Positions 1 through 9,571 of a DNA stretch of 64,000 nt are shown here, one piece after another. Source of the DNA: Alphaproteobacteria bacterium (lineage in GTDB: Bacteria > Pseudomonadota > Alphaproteobacteria > SP197); the NCBI GenBank assembly GCA_009694045.1, contig SHVY01000009.1:5088-69087 (forward strand), given 5' to 3'. The notes below the pieces were generated by a model. The model ran no database searches and had not been told where the DNA came from. It saw nothing but the letters and a program-made list of their open reading frames with translations. Within the stretch, counting starts at the first letter, position 1; every line of letters begins with the position of its first letter. Made by a program: the position numbers and the translations under genes.

Positions 1-491
1 AGCTCGAGGGTATCGGCGGGGCGCATCAGGCGCATGAGGATCGCGAGTTCACCGTAGTCCACGGTCAGGCCAAGCCGCTTGACCGGCATGGCGAAGCGGG
101 CGCCCGCCCCGCAGATGCGGATGTCGCAGCGAGCCGCGAGCTCCAAGCCGCCGCCGACGCACACCCCCTGGATGAGGGCGACGACGGGATGGCGGCAGGC
201 GGCCAGGGCCTCCCCGGCGCGGGCCGCCAGGCTGTCGTAGTCTTCGGCCTGGGCCTGGCCGGTGCGCAAGCGGTCGAATTCGCCGATATCGGCCCCGGCC
301 GCGAAGGCCTTGTCGCCCGCGCCCCGGATCACGATGCAGCGAAGGTCGTCGTCGGCCGACAGCTCCGCGAACACCTCGCCGAGCCGGCGGTACATCGCCA
401 GGTTGATCGCGTTGCGCTTCTCCGGGCGGTTGAGCACGACCGTCGCGACCTGGCCATCGCGCGTCACCAGAACGGGGTCCGTCGCGCTCAT
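1..491 (-). CDS. Enoyl-CoA hydratase/isomerase family protein (3' end outside window)
   Basis: Manual translation from ATG at 491: [30 protein letters not shown]...AFAAGADI...[18 protein letters not shown], typical crotonase motifs; ATGA overlap with the smpB stop. Confidence 0.9.
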   Translation of the reverse strand, partial: MSATDPVLVTRDGQVATVVLNRPEKRNAINLAMYRRLGEVFAELSADDDLRCIVIRGAGDKAFAAGADIGEFDRLRTGQAQAEDYDSLAARAGEALAACRHPVVALIQGVCVGGGLELAARCDIRICGAGARFAMPVKRLGLTVDYGELAILMRLMRPADTLE

Positions 492-955
492 CCGCGTGCC
501 CTCATGATTCGGCCCTTCTCCCGTTCCCATTCGCGGGTGCGCACGGTGGCGCGTTTGTCGTGGGCCTTCTTGCCCTTCACCAAGGCGAGTTCGACCTTGG
601 CGCGGCCGCGCTCGTTGAAGTAGATCGAGAGGGGGACGAGTGTCATGCCGTCGCGGCGCACGGCCCCGATCAGCTTGTTGGTCTCGCGCCGATGGAGCAG
701 AAGCCGGCGCGGGCGGCGCGGCTCGTGGTTGAACAGGCTGGCGCCCGCGTACTCCGGGATGTGGGCGTTGAGCAGGACGATGTCGCGGCCCTGGTCGGTC
801 GCGTGGGCCTCGGCGATGTTGGCGCGGCCCTGGCGCAGGGATTTGACCTCACTGCCGACGAGCACGATTCCGGCCTCGAACGTGTCCTCGATGGAGTACT
901 CGTAGCGCGCCTTGCGGTTGCGGGCGACGATTTGGACTTCACGTTCCTTCGCCAC
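488..955 (-). CDS. smpB: SsrA-binding protein
   Basis: C-terminal part of ORF 488..3286 from GTG 955: [36 protein letters not shown]. Confidence 0.97.
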   Translation of the reverse strand: MAKEREVQIVARNRKARYEYSIEDTFEAGIVLVGSEVKSLRQGRANIAEAHATDQGRDIVLLNAHIPEYAGASLFNHEPRRPRRLLLHRRETNKLIGAVRRDGMTLVPLSIYFNERGRAKVELALVKGKKAHDKRATVRTREWEREKGRIMRARG

Positions 956-966
956 GCTTCCCCGAG

Positions 967-1842
967 CTAGTTGAGCACGCCGGCCGACCGCATCGCCGCG
1001 GCGATCCGGTCCTTGGTTGGCGCCATCGGCTCGACCAGCGGCAGCCGGACGTCGGGGGCGCAGTGGCCGAGCAGGCTGGCGGCGTACTTGATCGGGGCCG
1101 GGCTCGTCTCCGCGAACAGGGCGCGATGCAGGGGCATCAGCCGCTCCTGGATCGTGAGCGTGCCGCGGGCGTCGCCCTGCTGCCAGAGCGTGTGCATCTC
1201 GGCGCATTGCCGTGGTGCCACGTTGGCGGTGACCGAGATGCAGCCGTCGCCACCGGCGACCAGCAGGGCCAGGACCGCCGGGTCCTCGCCCGAGAGCTGG
1301 CAGAACCGCTTCTTGATGGCGAGCTTGGTGTCGTGCGGCCGGGTGGGGTCGCCGGTCGCGTCCTTGACGCCGACGATGTTGGGCAGCTCGGCCAGGCGCG
1401 CCATGGTCGCGACGCTCATGTCGACCACCGAGCGGCCGGGGATGTTGTAGATGATGATCGGGATCTCGACCGCGTCGTGGATCGCCTTGTAGTGCTGATA
1501 CAGGCCCTCCTGGGTCGGCTTGTTGTAATAGGGCGTGACCACCAGCGCGGCGTCGGCGCCGGCGCTCTTCGCGTGGCGGGTCAGCTCGATCGCCTCGGCG
1601 GTCGAGTTCGATCCGGTCCCGGCGATCACCGGCACCCGGCCCTTGGCCACGTCGATGCAAAGCTCGGTCACCCGCTTGTGCTCGTCGTGGCTGAGGGTCG
1701 GCGATTCCCCCGTGGTGCCGCAGGGCACCAATCCATGGGTGCCCTCGCCGATCTGCCAATCGACGAACTTCTGGAACGCCTTCGCGTCCACTTCCCCCGA
1801 CCGGAACGGCGTGATGAGCGCGACATAGGATCCCTGGAACAT
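967..1842 (-). CDS. dapA: 4-hydroxy-tetrahydrodipicolinate synthase
   Basis: [30 protein letters not shown] motifs; start taken as MFQGSY (ATG 1842). Confidence 0.97.
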   Translation of the reverse strand: MFQGSYVALITPFRSGEVDAKAFQKFVDWQIGEGTHGLVPCGTTGESPTLSHDEHKRVTELCIDVAKGRVPVIAGTGSNSTAEAIELTRHAKSAGADAALVVTPYYNKPTQEGLYQHYKAIHDAVEIPIIIYNIPGRSVVDMSVATMARLAELPNIVGVKDATGDPTRPHDTKLAIKKRFCQLSGEDPAVLALLVAGGDGCISVTANVAPRQCAEMHTLWQQGDARGTLTIQERLMPLHRALFAETSPAPIKYAASLLGHCAPDVRLPLVEPMAPTKDRIAAAMRSAGVLN

Positions 1843-1999
1843 CCTCGATCTCCCGACCGCCATGGGGCGGTGCTTCCTCGTTCCGACGATTCATAGGCGC
1901 AAAGCGGAGGGGCGGCAAGCAAGGGAGCACCGGATGGACTTCCCCGCGAGCGTGGAGTGGTGTATCCGCGCTTGCCGGAACCCGATCGAGGAGCAGTCG

Positions 2000-2983
2000 A
2001 TGACCTCCCCTAGCCTGCCCGTCTACGCGGACGTGCTGCGCGCGGCCGAACGGTTGCGCGGCCACGCGGTGCTGACGCCGCTGCTGGAATCGGCGGCCTT
2101 GAACAAGCTGGTCGGGGGACGGGTGCTGGTGAAGGCCGAGGTGTTGCAGGTCACCGGGTCGTTCAAGTTTCGCGGCGCCTACAACAAGATCAGCCAGCTT
2201 TCCCCGGAGGACCGGGAACGGGGTGTGGTCGCGTTCTCGTCCGGCAATCACGCGCAAGGCGTGGCCGCGGCGGCGAACCTGCTGGGGGCCTCGGCGAAGA
2301 TCGTGATGCCGGCGGACGCGCCCGCGGTGAAGCGCGCGGGAACCGAGTTCTGGGGTGCCGCGGTGGTGCCCTACGACCGGGTCAAGGACGACCGCGAGGC
2401 GATGACGACCGGGATCGCCAAGGCCGAGGGGCGCACGATCGTCCGACCCTACGACGATCCGGACATCATGGCCGGCCAGGGCACGGCGGGGCTGGAGATC
2501 GTCGCCCAGGCGGACGCGGCGCGCGCCCGGGTCGATGCCGTCCTGGTGCCGTGCGGCGGTGGCGGGCTGGTCGGCGGGATCAGCATCGCGATCAAGGAGC
2601 GGTGGCCGGCGACCGAGGTCTATTGCGTGGAGCCGGACGGCTTCGACGATACCGCGCGGTCGCTGAAGTATGGAACGCGCGAGGGCAATCGCCCAGGCGC
2701 CACGACGATCGCCGACGCGCTGATGGCCCCGGCGCCGGGCGACCTCACGTTCGCCGTCAATCGCCGCAACCTTGCGGGCGGGCTGGTTGTGCGGGATGAC
2801 GAGATGCTGGCCGCCATGGCGGCGGCGTTCCAGCACCTGAAGTTGGTGATCGAACCGGGTGGGGCCGTGGCGCTCGCGGCCGTGCTCGCCGGCCACTATC
2901 CGGCTAAGGGACGGACGGTGGTGGTGGTGGCGTCGGGCGGGAACGTGGACCCGGCGACCTACGGCCGGGCGCTGGGGGTCTGA
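2000..2983 (+). CDS. PLP-dependent threonine/serine dehydratase (no ACT domain)
   Basis: SFKFRGA PLP-lysine motif, [13 protein letters not shown]; GAGGAG RBS before ATG 2000. Confidence 0.9.
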   Translation: MTSPSLPVYADVLRAAERLRGHAVLTPLLESAALNKLVGGRVLVKAEVLQVTGSFKFRGAYNKISQLSPEDRERGVVAFSSGNHAQGVAAAANLLGASAKIVMPADAPAVKRAGTEFWGAAVVPYDRVKDDREAMTTGIAKAEGRTIVRPYDDPDIMAGQGTAGLEIVAQADAARARVDAVLVPCGGGGLVGGISIAIKERWPATEVYCVEPDGFDDTARSLKYGTREGNRPGATTIADALMAPAPGDLTFAVNRRNLAGGLVVRDDEMLAAMAAAFQHLKLVIEPGGAVALAAVLAGHYPAKGRTVVVVASGGNVDPATYGRALGV

Positions 2984-4047
2984 TCCCGGCGCCGGGCGAG
3001 CGTCCGCAAGCCCCGGCGCAGGACGGCGCGGCTCGCCCACAGCATGATCACGGTGTACAGGGCGACGACGAGCGCGAACCACAGGGGCGTGAGATCCGGC
3101 CAGGCCAGGGCCATGGCGCAGGGCAGGGCCACCAGCGCCAGGTAGCAGGGCAGCACCCAGACCTCGGGCAGCGAACGGCGCAGCAGATGGTGCAGATGCT
3201 GCTTGTCCGAGCTGAACGGCGAGCGGTGCGACGCGATCCGCCAGACGATGAGACGCAGACAGTCGAGCACCGGAACCAGGAACCACAGCGCCACGACATC
3301 GGCCCGGAGGCCCACTGGATCGCGGTTGTAGGAGTAGATGGTGAGCAGCGCGATCACCATGCTGACGGCATAGGTGCCGGAATCGCCGAGGAACAGGCGG
3401 CCACGCAGGTTGAAGGCCAAGGTGATGCCGAGGGCGGCGGCGAAGGCCGCCAGGAGCGAACGCAGCTCGGGGAGGCCGTAGATCGCCAGCAGCACGGTCC
3501 AGATGAGGCAGAGCCCGAGCACCAGGCCGTTGATGCCATCGGCCATGTTCATCGCGTTCAACAGCCCGACCAGACAGAGCAGCGTGAACAGCAGCGGGAA
3601 CGGGTAGAGCGCCTGGGGTAGAGTGGCGAAGCTGAACAGCAGGTCGTCCACCACGAAGAACTGCGGCGCGATATTGACGACCACGAGGGCAATCACGGTC
3701 GCGATCACGAGCCGGTACTTCGGCTTCACATGGTGCTGGTCATCGGCGAGGCCGAGGGCGAAGTACGCCGCCGCCGTGAGCGCGAGCGCCGGATAGAGCA
3801 GGTCCTCCGCCCGGTCGAGGGCGGTGGCCACGCACCAGACGACGAACGGCGCCACCACCGCGAGCCCGCCCACCAGCGGCGTCGGGTGCGGGTGCCGCTT
3901 CCTGCGACCGTCGGGATGATCGACGATGCCGATCACCCCGGCGATGGTGGACGCGTTGGCGCAGATCAGCAGCGTGACGCCGCACAGGAACACGAAGTCG
4001 ATCGCGAATCGCGCCGCCGAGGCGACCACGACTTCCGTTGGCGTCAT
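2959..4047 (-). CDS. MraY/WecA-family polyprenyl-phosphate GlcNAc-1-phosphate transferase
   Basis: RKRH-x2-[37 protein letters not shown]; many TM segments. Confidence 0.9.
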   Translation of the reverse strand: MTPTEVVVASAARFAIDFVFLCGVTLLICANASTIAGVIGIVDHPDGRRKRHPHPTPLVGGLAVVAPFVVWCVATALDRAEDLLYPALALTAAAYFALGLADDQHHVKPKYRLVIATVIALVVVNIAPQFFVVDDLLFSFATLPQALYPFPLLFTLLCLVGLLNAMNMADGINGLVLGLCLIWTVLLAIYGLPELRSLLAAFAAALGITLAFNLRGRLFLGDSGTYAVSMVIALLTIYSYNRDPVGLRADVVALWFLVPVLDCLRLIVWRIASHRSPFSSDKQHLHHLLRRSLPEVWVLPCYLALVALPCAMALAWPDLTPLWFALVVALYTVIMLWASRAVLRRGLRTLARRRDQTPSARP

Positions 4048-4071
4048 CGAATCATCCCGTCCCGAGGACCC

Positions 4072-4149
4072 CTAGTGTCGTGGTTTCGAAGTTCGCCCTA
4101 TCACGCAGTAACCCTCGAGTGCGAACTTCGAAACCAAAAACGACACTAG
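4072..4149. repeat. CTAG-bounded palindromic element (MITE/REP-like), copy 1
   Basis: Arms CTAGTGTCGTGGTTTCGAAGTTCGC and GCGAACTTCGAAACC(AAAA)ACGACACTAG. Confidence 0.8.
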
Positions 4150-4162
4150 AATCAATAATTTG

Positions 4163-4238
4163 CTAGTGTCCCATCGATTCTGAAATTCGCTCCGAGGGTT
4201 GCTGCGAGGTCGGGAGAATTTCAAAATCGGGACACTAG
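4163..4238. repeat. CTAG-bounded palindromic element (MITE/REP-like), copy 2
   Basis: Arms CTAGTGTCC(CAT)CGATTCTGAAATTC and GAATTTCAAAATCGGGACACTAG; same termini as copy 1. Confidence 0.8.
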
Positions 4239-4278
4239 CTGACACGGTTGCCGGGCGGAAGACAAGCGTCGGGAAGAG

Positions 4279-5073
4279 TTACCCATTGGGCCCCGGCCAC
4301 AGATCCTCGGTCATGCCGGCGAGACGGTAGACGATCAGGCCGAGGAGCTCGTGGACCGCGAGGTTCAGGGACTTCAACCCGCCCACGGGATCGAGGCCGA
4401 CGCCTTGGTGCGCGAGCCCGCCGGTCTGGTAGTCCGTCGGGTAGGGGATGATGTCCCAGCCAACCGCCCGGAAGCACGCCACCGCGCGTGGCATGTGAAA
4501 CCCGGACGTCACCACCACCCAGGTCTCGCCGGGCTGCGGCTGGACCAGGGCCCGGGTCGCGGCGGCATTCTCGCAGGTGTTGCGGGATTCGTCCTCGAAC
4601 GTCACCCGGCCAAGGGTCAGGCCCAGGCTTTCAAGGAGAGGGGCCGCCACGGCGGATTCGATCAGGGTCGGATCGAGGATGCTGGCCGAGCCGCCGCTGA
4701 ACACCAGGTGCGCGTCGGGGAAGCGGCGGGCAAGGGCCAGGAACGCCGTGAAGCGGTCGGCGTAGCCGTTGAGCTGGGCGGCGTCACGCTCGACGCTGGT
4801 TTGCACGAGAATGGCGCCACCGAGCACGATGATGCCGTCGATCCGCGCGGGCAGCGGTTCGGGGTTCGGGAACCGGTCCTCGAGGACGGCGAGCAGAGCC
4901 GGCCCGATCGGCAGCACCGCGAGGGCGACGAAGAGCGCGGTGCCGGCGGTAACGAGCACCCGGCCGCCGCGCCGCCAGCGGGTCCACAGCAGGATTGCGC
5001 CAACGGCCAGCACGAGCAGCAGCAGGGTCGCGGGATTCCCGGCGATCCAGCCGATCTTGGAGGCGACGAACAA
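4279..5073 (-). CDS. YdcF/ElyC (DUF218) family protein
   Basis: GIIVLGG, FSGGS, SRNTCENA, VTSGFHMPRA, PYPTDY; N-terminal TM helices; TTG start. Confidence 0.9.
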   Translation of the reverse strand: MFVASKIGWIAGNPATLLLLVLAVGAILLWTRWRRGGRVLVTAGTALFVALAVLPIGPALLAVLEDRFPNPEPLPARIDGIIVLGGAILVQTSVERDAAQLNGYADRFTAFLALARRFPDAHLVFSGGSASILDPTLIESAVAAPLLESLGLTLGRVTFEDESRNTCENAAATRALVQPQPGETWVVVTSGFHMPRAVACFRAVGWDIIPYPTDYQTGGLAHQGVGLDPVGGLKSLNLAVHELLGLIVYRLAGMTEDLWPGPNG

Positions 5074-5085
5074 GGGGGACCCGGC

Positions 5086-7230
5086 TTACGCCGCCTGGCG
5101 GCGGGCGACGAGGGCGAGAAGGTCGCGGGCGGCGGCCAGGATGTTGGAGCCGGGGCCGAACACCGCGGCCACCCCGGCGGCCTTGAGGAACGGGTAGTCC
5201 TGGGGCGGCACGACGCCGCCGACCACGACCAGGATGTCGTCGGCACCCGCCGCCCCGAGAGCCGCGATCAGGGCGGGCACCAGGGTCTTGTGCCCGGCCG
5301 CCTGGGTGGAGATGCCGACGATGTGGACATCGTTCTCCACCGCCTGGCGCGCGCACTCCTCGGGCGTCGCGAACAGCGGGCCGATATCCACATCGAAGCC
5401 CAGGTCGGCGAAGGCCGAGGCGATCACCTTGGCGCCGCGGTCGTGGCCGTCCTGGCCCAGCTTGGCGACCAGAATACGGGGCCGGCGGCCCACGCGCGCG
5501 CCGAACGCCGCGACCTCCGCCTGCACCGCGGCGAACGCGGCATCGGCGGCATAGGCGCCACCGTAGATGCCGGTGACGGCTCGGGTCTGCGGCCGATGGC
5601 GGCCGAAGACGGTGACCAGCGCCTCGGACACCTCGCCCACCGTCGCCCGCGCCCGCATGGCGGCGACCGCCAACGCGAGCAGGTTCACCCCGCCCTTCGC
5701 CCCGGCCTCGAGCGCCGCCAGGGCCGTGGCGACCGCCCCCCCGTCGCGCGCCGCCTTGACCTCGGCGAGCCGCGCGACCTGCGATTCGCGAACCCGGGTG
5801 TTGTCGACCTCGCGGAGGGCGATCGGATCGGGCGACGGCGGGGGATAATGGTTGACGCCCACCACCGTGTCCTCGCCGCGATCGACGCGCGCCTGACGGC
5901 GGGCGGCGCTCTCCTCGATCCGCGCCTTGGGCACGCCGGCCTCGACCGCCCGGGTCATGCCGCCCAGCGCCTCGACCTCGTCGATCAGGTCCTTCGCCGC
6001 GGCGGCGAGGGCGTGGGTCAGCGCCTCGACGTAGTAGCTGCCGCCGAGGGGATCGACCACGTGGCTGACACCGGTCTCCTCGGCGAGGATCAGCTGGGTG
6101 TTGCGGGCGACCCGCGCCGCCTGGTCGGACGGCAGGGCCAGGGCCTCGTCATAGGCGTTGGTGTGCAGGCTCTGGGTGCCGCCCAGCACCGCCGCCAGGG
6201 CCTCGACGGTGGTGCGCGCCACGTTGTTGATCGGGTCCTGCTCGGTCAGGGATACGCCGCTGGTCTGGCAGTGCGTGCGCAGCATCAGCGAGCGCGGGTC
6301 CGTGGCTCCGAAGTCCCGCATGATCGCCGACCACAGCAGCCGCGCCGCGCGCAGCTTGGCGATCTCCATGAAGAAATTCATGCCAATGCCGAAGAAGAAC
6401 GACAGGCGCGGGGCGAAAGCATCGACCGCGAGACCCCGGCCAAGTGCTGCGCGCACGTATTCGATCCCATCGGCCAGGGTGAAGGCCAGCTCCTGCACCG
6501 CCGTCGCCCCGGCCTCCTGCATGTGGTAGCCGGAGATCGAGATCGAGTTGAACCGCGGCATGCGCTCGGCAGTGTAGGCGATGATGTCGGCGACGATCCG
6601 CATCGAGGGCGCCGGCGGATAGATGAACGTGTTGCGGACCATGAACTCCTTGAGGATATCGTTCTGGATCGTGCCGGACAGCTTCGCCTCGGGCACGCCC
6701 TGCTCCTCCCCGGCGACGATGAACGCCGCCAGAACCGGAAGGACGGCGCCGTTCATGGTCATGGAGACCGACATCTCGCCGAGCGGGATGCCGTCGAACA
6801 GACGCTTCATGTCGAGGACCGTGTCGATCGCCACGCCCGCCTTGCCGACGTCGCCGATGACGCGGCCGTGATCCGAATCGTAGCCCCGGTGGGTGGCGAG
6901 ATCGAAGGCGACCGACAGCCCCTTCTGCCCCCCGGCCAGGGCCTCGCGGTAGAACGCATTCGATTCCTCGGGCGTCGAGAACCCGGCGTACTGGCGGATC
7001 GTCCAGGGGCGGTGGGCGAACATGGTGGCCCGCACGCCGCGCAGATAGGGCGCGAAGCCCGGCAGGGAGCCCGCGCCTTCGAGCCCTTCGAGATCGGCCG
7101 CCGTGTACAGGGGCTTGACCTCAAGGCCCTCGGGCGTGGTCCAGGTCAGGGCATCCGGCGCGGTGCCGTCGATCTCCCTGGCCGCCAGCGCCTGCCAATC
7201 CGCGAGGGTCTTTTCCGGCCAGTCGGCCAC
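5086..7230 (-). CDS. scpA: Methylmalonyl-CoA mutase (B12-dependent)
   Basis: [34 protein letters not shown]12 motif; GTG start at 7230. Confidence 0.95.
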   Translation of the reverse strand: MADWPEKTLADWQALAAREIDGTAPDALTWTTPEGLEVKPLYTAADLEGLEGAGSLPGFAPYLRGVRATMFAHRPWTIRQYAGFSTPEESNAFYREALAGGQKGLSVAFDLATHRGYDSDHGRVIGDVGKAGVAIDTVLDMKRLFDGIPLGEMSVSMTMNGAVLPVLAAFIVAGEEQGVPEAKLSGTIQNDILKEFMVRNTFIYPPAPSMRIVADIIAYTAERMPRFNSISISGYHMQEAGATAVQELAFTLADGIEYVRAALGRGLAVDAFAPRLSFFFGIGMNFFMEIAKLRAARLLWSAIMRDFGATDPRSLMLRTHCQTSGVSLTEQDPINNVARTTVEALAAVLGGTQSLHTNAYDEALALPSDQAARVARNTQLILAEETGVSHVVDPLGGSYYVEALTHALAAAAKDLIDEVEALGGMTRAVEAGVPKARIEESAARRQARVDRGEDTVVGVNHYPPPSPDPIALREVDNTRVRESQVARLAEVKAARDGGAVATALAALEAGAKGGVNLLALAVAAMRARATVGEVSEALVTVFGRHRPQTRAVTGIYGGAYAADAAFAAVQAEVAAFGARVGRRPRILVAKLGQDGHDRGAKVIASAFADLGFDVDIGPLFATPEECARQAVENDVHIVGISTQAAGHKTLVPALIAALGAAGADDILVVVGGVVPPQDYPFLKAAGVAAVFGPGSNILAAARDLLALVARRQAA

Positions 7231-7240
7231 GAGCGCGATC

Positions 7241-8155
7241 CTATCTCCGATACGGCGGGCAGTATGGCGAGGCGAAGGTTGCAGGGCAATCGATGGCGGC
7301 CCCCGAACGCGGCCAGACACGGGGGAAGAGCGCACCCGCAAGGGGTTGGCCGATCACGGCCTGGAACGGGGGAAGCCGATCGCGGATGCCGTCGATGAAG
7401 CTGTAGCTGCCGGGCTGGTACACCGTGTCGTCGCCGAGCCAGCGGGTGGTGATGGCGCGGCGGCGGCGGTTCGTCGTGCGGTTGCCGGGGGCGCCGTGGA
7501 TCGTGCGGGGGTGGTGGAGGATAACGTCGCCGGGCTCGGCGTCCCAGCTCACGATGTCGTAGCGCGACGGGTCGGCGTCAATGTCGGGGACGGGCGCGTC
7601 CATGGCCCGGGCCGCGTCCTTGCGGCGCTCCATGGCGTCGGCCGTGTCCTCGGTGAAGTTGGCGGGAGCGAACACGTCCGCCCAGCGGTGCGAGCCGCGC
7701 ACGTAGGCGACCGCGCCGTTGTCCCGGTTCACCGCATCGAGCGGCATCCACACGGTGACGATCCGCTCGCCGCGCACCGGCCAGTACGACAGGTCCTGGT
7801 GCCACCGAGTCGGGGCCGTGGTCCCCGGCTCCTTCACGAAGAGCTGGTCGTAGAAGAACGTGGCGGTCGTGGAACCCATCGCGACGGCCGCGATCTCGGC
7901 GTGCGGTGAATCGAGGACCAGCGCCCGGAAATCCGGATCGTCCAGCCAGAGGAATTCAGCCTCGAAGAACCGGCCGGAGCCGCTGTCGGTATCGTGGAAT
8001 TCGTGATGAATCCGCAGCCGCGACGGTTCCCCGAGGACCCGATCGACCGCCCGACCGATCCGCTCGACCCAATCGGGATCGATCGCCCCCGCCAGGTGAA
8101 CGGCGCCGTCCTCGCGATAGGCGGCGACCTCCCGCCCGCTGAGCGGACGAAACAT
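7241..8155 (-). CDS. Phytanoyl-CoA dioxygenase (PhyH) family Fe/2OG oxygenase
   Basis: KEPG, WHQD, GSHRW, HGAPGN..R motifs; ATG 8155. Confidence 0.88.
   Translation of the reverse strand: MFRPLSGREVAAYREDGAVHLAGAIDPDWVERIGRAVDRVLGEPSRLRIHHEFHDTDSGSGRFFEAEFLWLDDPDFRALVLDSPHAEIAAVAMGSTTATFFYDQLFVKEPGTTAPTRWHQDLSYWPVRGERIVTVWMPLDAVNRDNGAVAYVRGSHRWADVFAPANFTEDTADAMERRKDAARAMDAPVPDIDADPSRYDIVSWDAEPGDVILHHPRTIHGAPGNRTTNRRRRAITTRWLGDDTVYQPGSYSFIDGIRDRLPPFQAVIGQPLAGALFPRVWPRSGAAIDCPATFASPYCPPYRR
7261..7289 (-). promoter_or_regulatory. Putative sigma-70 promoter for methylmalonyl-CoA mutase
   Basis: TTGCCC-N17-CATACT on the minus strand, about 30 nt before GTG 7230. Confidence 0.4.
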
Positions 8156-8156
8156 C

Positions 8157-8807
8157 CTAGGCCAGGCAGGAGCGGAGGAAGGCGCCGCCGAGCGCCAAGC
8201 CTTCCTCGTCGATGCCGTGGCCGAGCCCGGCGCACACGTGGAATTGGGCGGGAACCTCGCTCGCCGCCAGGGCAGCCATCGCTCCATTCAGCGAGTCGAT
8301 CGGCACCACCTGGTCGGCATCGCCATGGACGAGCAGGATTGGCGGCTTCGACCGGATCTCCGTCGCCAGGGAGTCGCCGCCGATCATGGCGCCCGAGTAG
8401 CCGAGCACGGCTGCCGGCCGCTTGGCCCGGCGCACGCCGACGTAGAGTGCCATCATCGCGCCCTGGCTGAAGCCGACCAGGGCCACGCGATCATCGCCCA
8501 AGCCGTGGCGCCCCAGCTCCGCGTCGATGAACGCATCGATCGCGGCGCGGGCGCCGGCGGCACCCTTGGCCAGCACCGCCGGTGAGGAGTCGACGAAGCT
8601 GAACCACTGCCGCCCGAAGGGGTTCTGATCACAGGGTTCCGGTGCGTGGGGCGAGACGAAATGCGCCTCGGGCAAGACCCGCGCCCAGGACGGTGCCAGG
8701 CCGATCAGGTCGTCGCCGCTGGCGCCCCAGCCATGCAGCAGCACCACGATGGACGTGGGCTTGCCGCCCGATTGGGGCGCGGCGGTCGGCCCCGACAACA
8801 GCGCCAT
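8157..8807 (-). CDS. Phospholipase/carboxylesterase (alpha/beta hydrolase)
   Basis: LLHGWGA, GFSQG nucleophile elbow, HGDADQVV, GHGI. Confidence 0.9.
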   Translation of the reverse strand: MALLSGPTAAPQSGGKPTSIVVLLHGWGASGDDLIGLAPSWARVLPEAHFVSPHAPEPCDQNPFGRQWFSFVDSSPAVLAKGAAGARAAIDAFIDAELGRHGLGDDRVALVGFSQGAMMALYVGVRRAKRPAAVLGYSGAMIGGDSLATEIRSKPPILLVHGDADQVVPIDSLNGAMAALAASEVPAQFHVCAGLGHGIDEEGLALGGAFLRSCLA

Positions 8808-8830
8808 GATGATCCCCGCTCCGCGAATTT

Positions 8831-8847
8831 TGTCGAACTGCTTTACA
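8831..8847 (+). promoter_or_regulatory. TGT-N8-TTTACA enhancer-like box (PEP-CTERM/PrsR-type), copy 1
   Basis: TGTCGAACTGCTTTACA; a second copy lies at 9113-9129; both are upstream of a PEP-CTERM-like gene. Confidence 0.5.
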
Positions 8848-8933
8848 GTTCTTGCGGTCCCATGACCACCTTGGGAACGGCCGTTGCCGGACACTGCCGT
8901 GTTTTCTCGGAGTTTTCCAGGGTCGCGAAGAAC

Positions 8934-8949
8934 CTTGCACGAAAATTGC
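8934..8949 (+). promoter_or_regulatory. Degenerate sigma-54 (-24/-12) promoter
   Basis: CTTGCACGAAAATTGC versus consensus YTGGCACG-N4-TTGC; spacing is correct but -24 GG reads TG. Confidence 0.35.
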
Positions 8950-9112
8950 GTGAAATCATGGGACACCCCGATGATCCGGCAAAGGGATCGCGAGGATGGG
9001 TGCAGGTAACGCGGCGAACCGATATTTCGGCGCCAAGTTGCGGATTCTACCGCGCATGGTCTCGCCTGGGCGAGGTCATTGATCGTCGGGTGGGGGGCGG
9101 ATGAACCCGGTT

Positions 9113-9129
9113 TGTCGGTCGACTTTACA
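9113..9129 (+). promoter_or_regulatory. TGT-N8-TTTACA enhancer-like box, copy 2
   Basis: TGTCGGTCGACTTTACA, with the same TT...G flanks as copy 1. Confidence 0.45.
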
Positions 9130-9148
9130 GAAGTCACGGAGACCCTTG

Positions 9149-9571
9149 ATGCTCGCCGTCATGGTGCTTGGTCTCGAGGTTCCGGGCGAAATGGCGGCGT
9201 CTCGGGCCGACGCGCCGGCGATCGAGGTCGTCGTCGGCGCAGGCCCGCTGGCGCCGAATGACGAGATTCGCGTCACGGTTCGCAACGTGGGTCCATCGCC
9301 AATCCGTCTGGTCGACCAGCAATCGCTGTGCGGCGTCGTCGTGCTGGAAAGGCGGACCGACGGCGATTGGCTTCAGGTCGCCGGTTGCATGGCGACGATG
9401 CCGTCACGCGCCCACGAGTTGCCCGCGGGCCGCTGGCTGATCCTGGAGTTGCAACCGCCCCCGTACCAGAACGGAGTCTGGTCGGCTGGCACGTACCGGG
9501 TCCGATTGCCGTTCAAGCCCTGTCCCAGTGTGAGCGGATGCGTACTGAACTGCCTGCCTTCCGGACCTTGA
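9149..9571 (+). CDS. Hypothetical small exported protein, probable Ig-like beta-sandwich
   Basis: GGAG RBS before TTG/ATG 9146/9149; IRVTVRN...LERRTDGDW...C...GTYRVRL pattern typical of Ig-like domains. Confidence 0.55.
   Translation: MLAVMVLGLEVPGEMAASRADAPAIEVVVGAGPLAPNDEIRVTVRNVGPSPIRLVDQQSLCGVVVLERRTDGDWLQVAGCMATMPSRAHELPAGRWLILELQPPPYQNGVWSAGTYRVRLPFKPCPSVSGCVLNCLPSGP

Noticed and set aside
1-966. tmRNA (ssrA) gene or integrated element near smpB
   Set aside because: smpB is directly coupled to the enoyl-CoA hydratase; there is no room or motif for ssrA and no integrase in the window
488-3286. 932-aa ORF that appears to fuse a long N-terminus to SmpB
   Set aside because: The N-terminal part is an off-frame or antisense shadow of dapA and the dehydratase; only 488-955 has SmpB motifs
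4072-4238. CRISPR array or tRNA interpretation of the repeats
   Set aside because: Only two long, diverged hairpins; no repeat-spacer periodicity, cas genes or cloverleaf with T-loop
4351-7398. 1015-aa plus-strand ORF, and similar long ORFs at 12443, 22684, 31227, 31352 and 56201
   Set aside because: Antisense or alternate-frame shadows of real genes, expected at this GC content; low-complexity R/G/A/P sequence with no motifs
9027-9043. Second sigma-54-like site CGGCGCCAAGTTGC
   Set aside because: GG-to-GC spacing is 9 rather than the required 10
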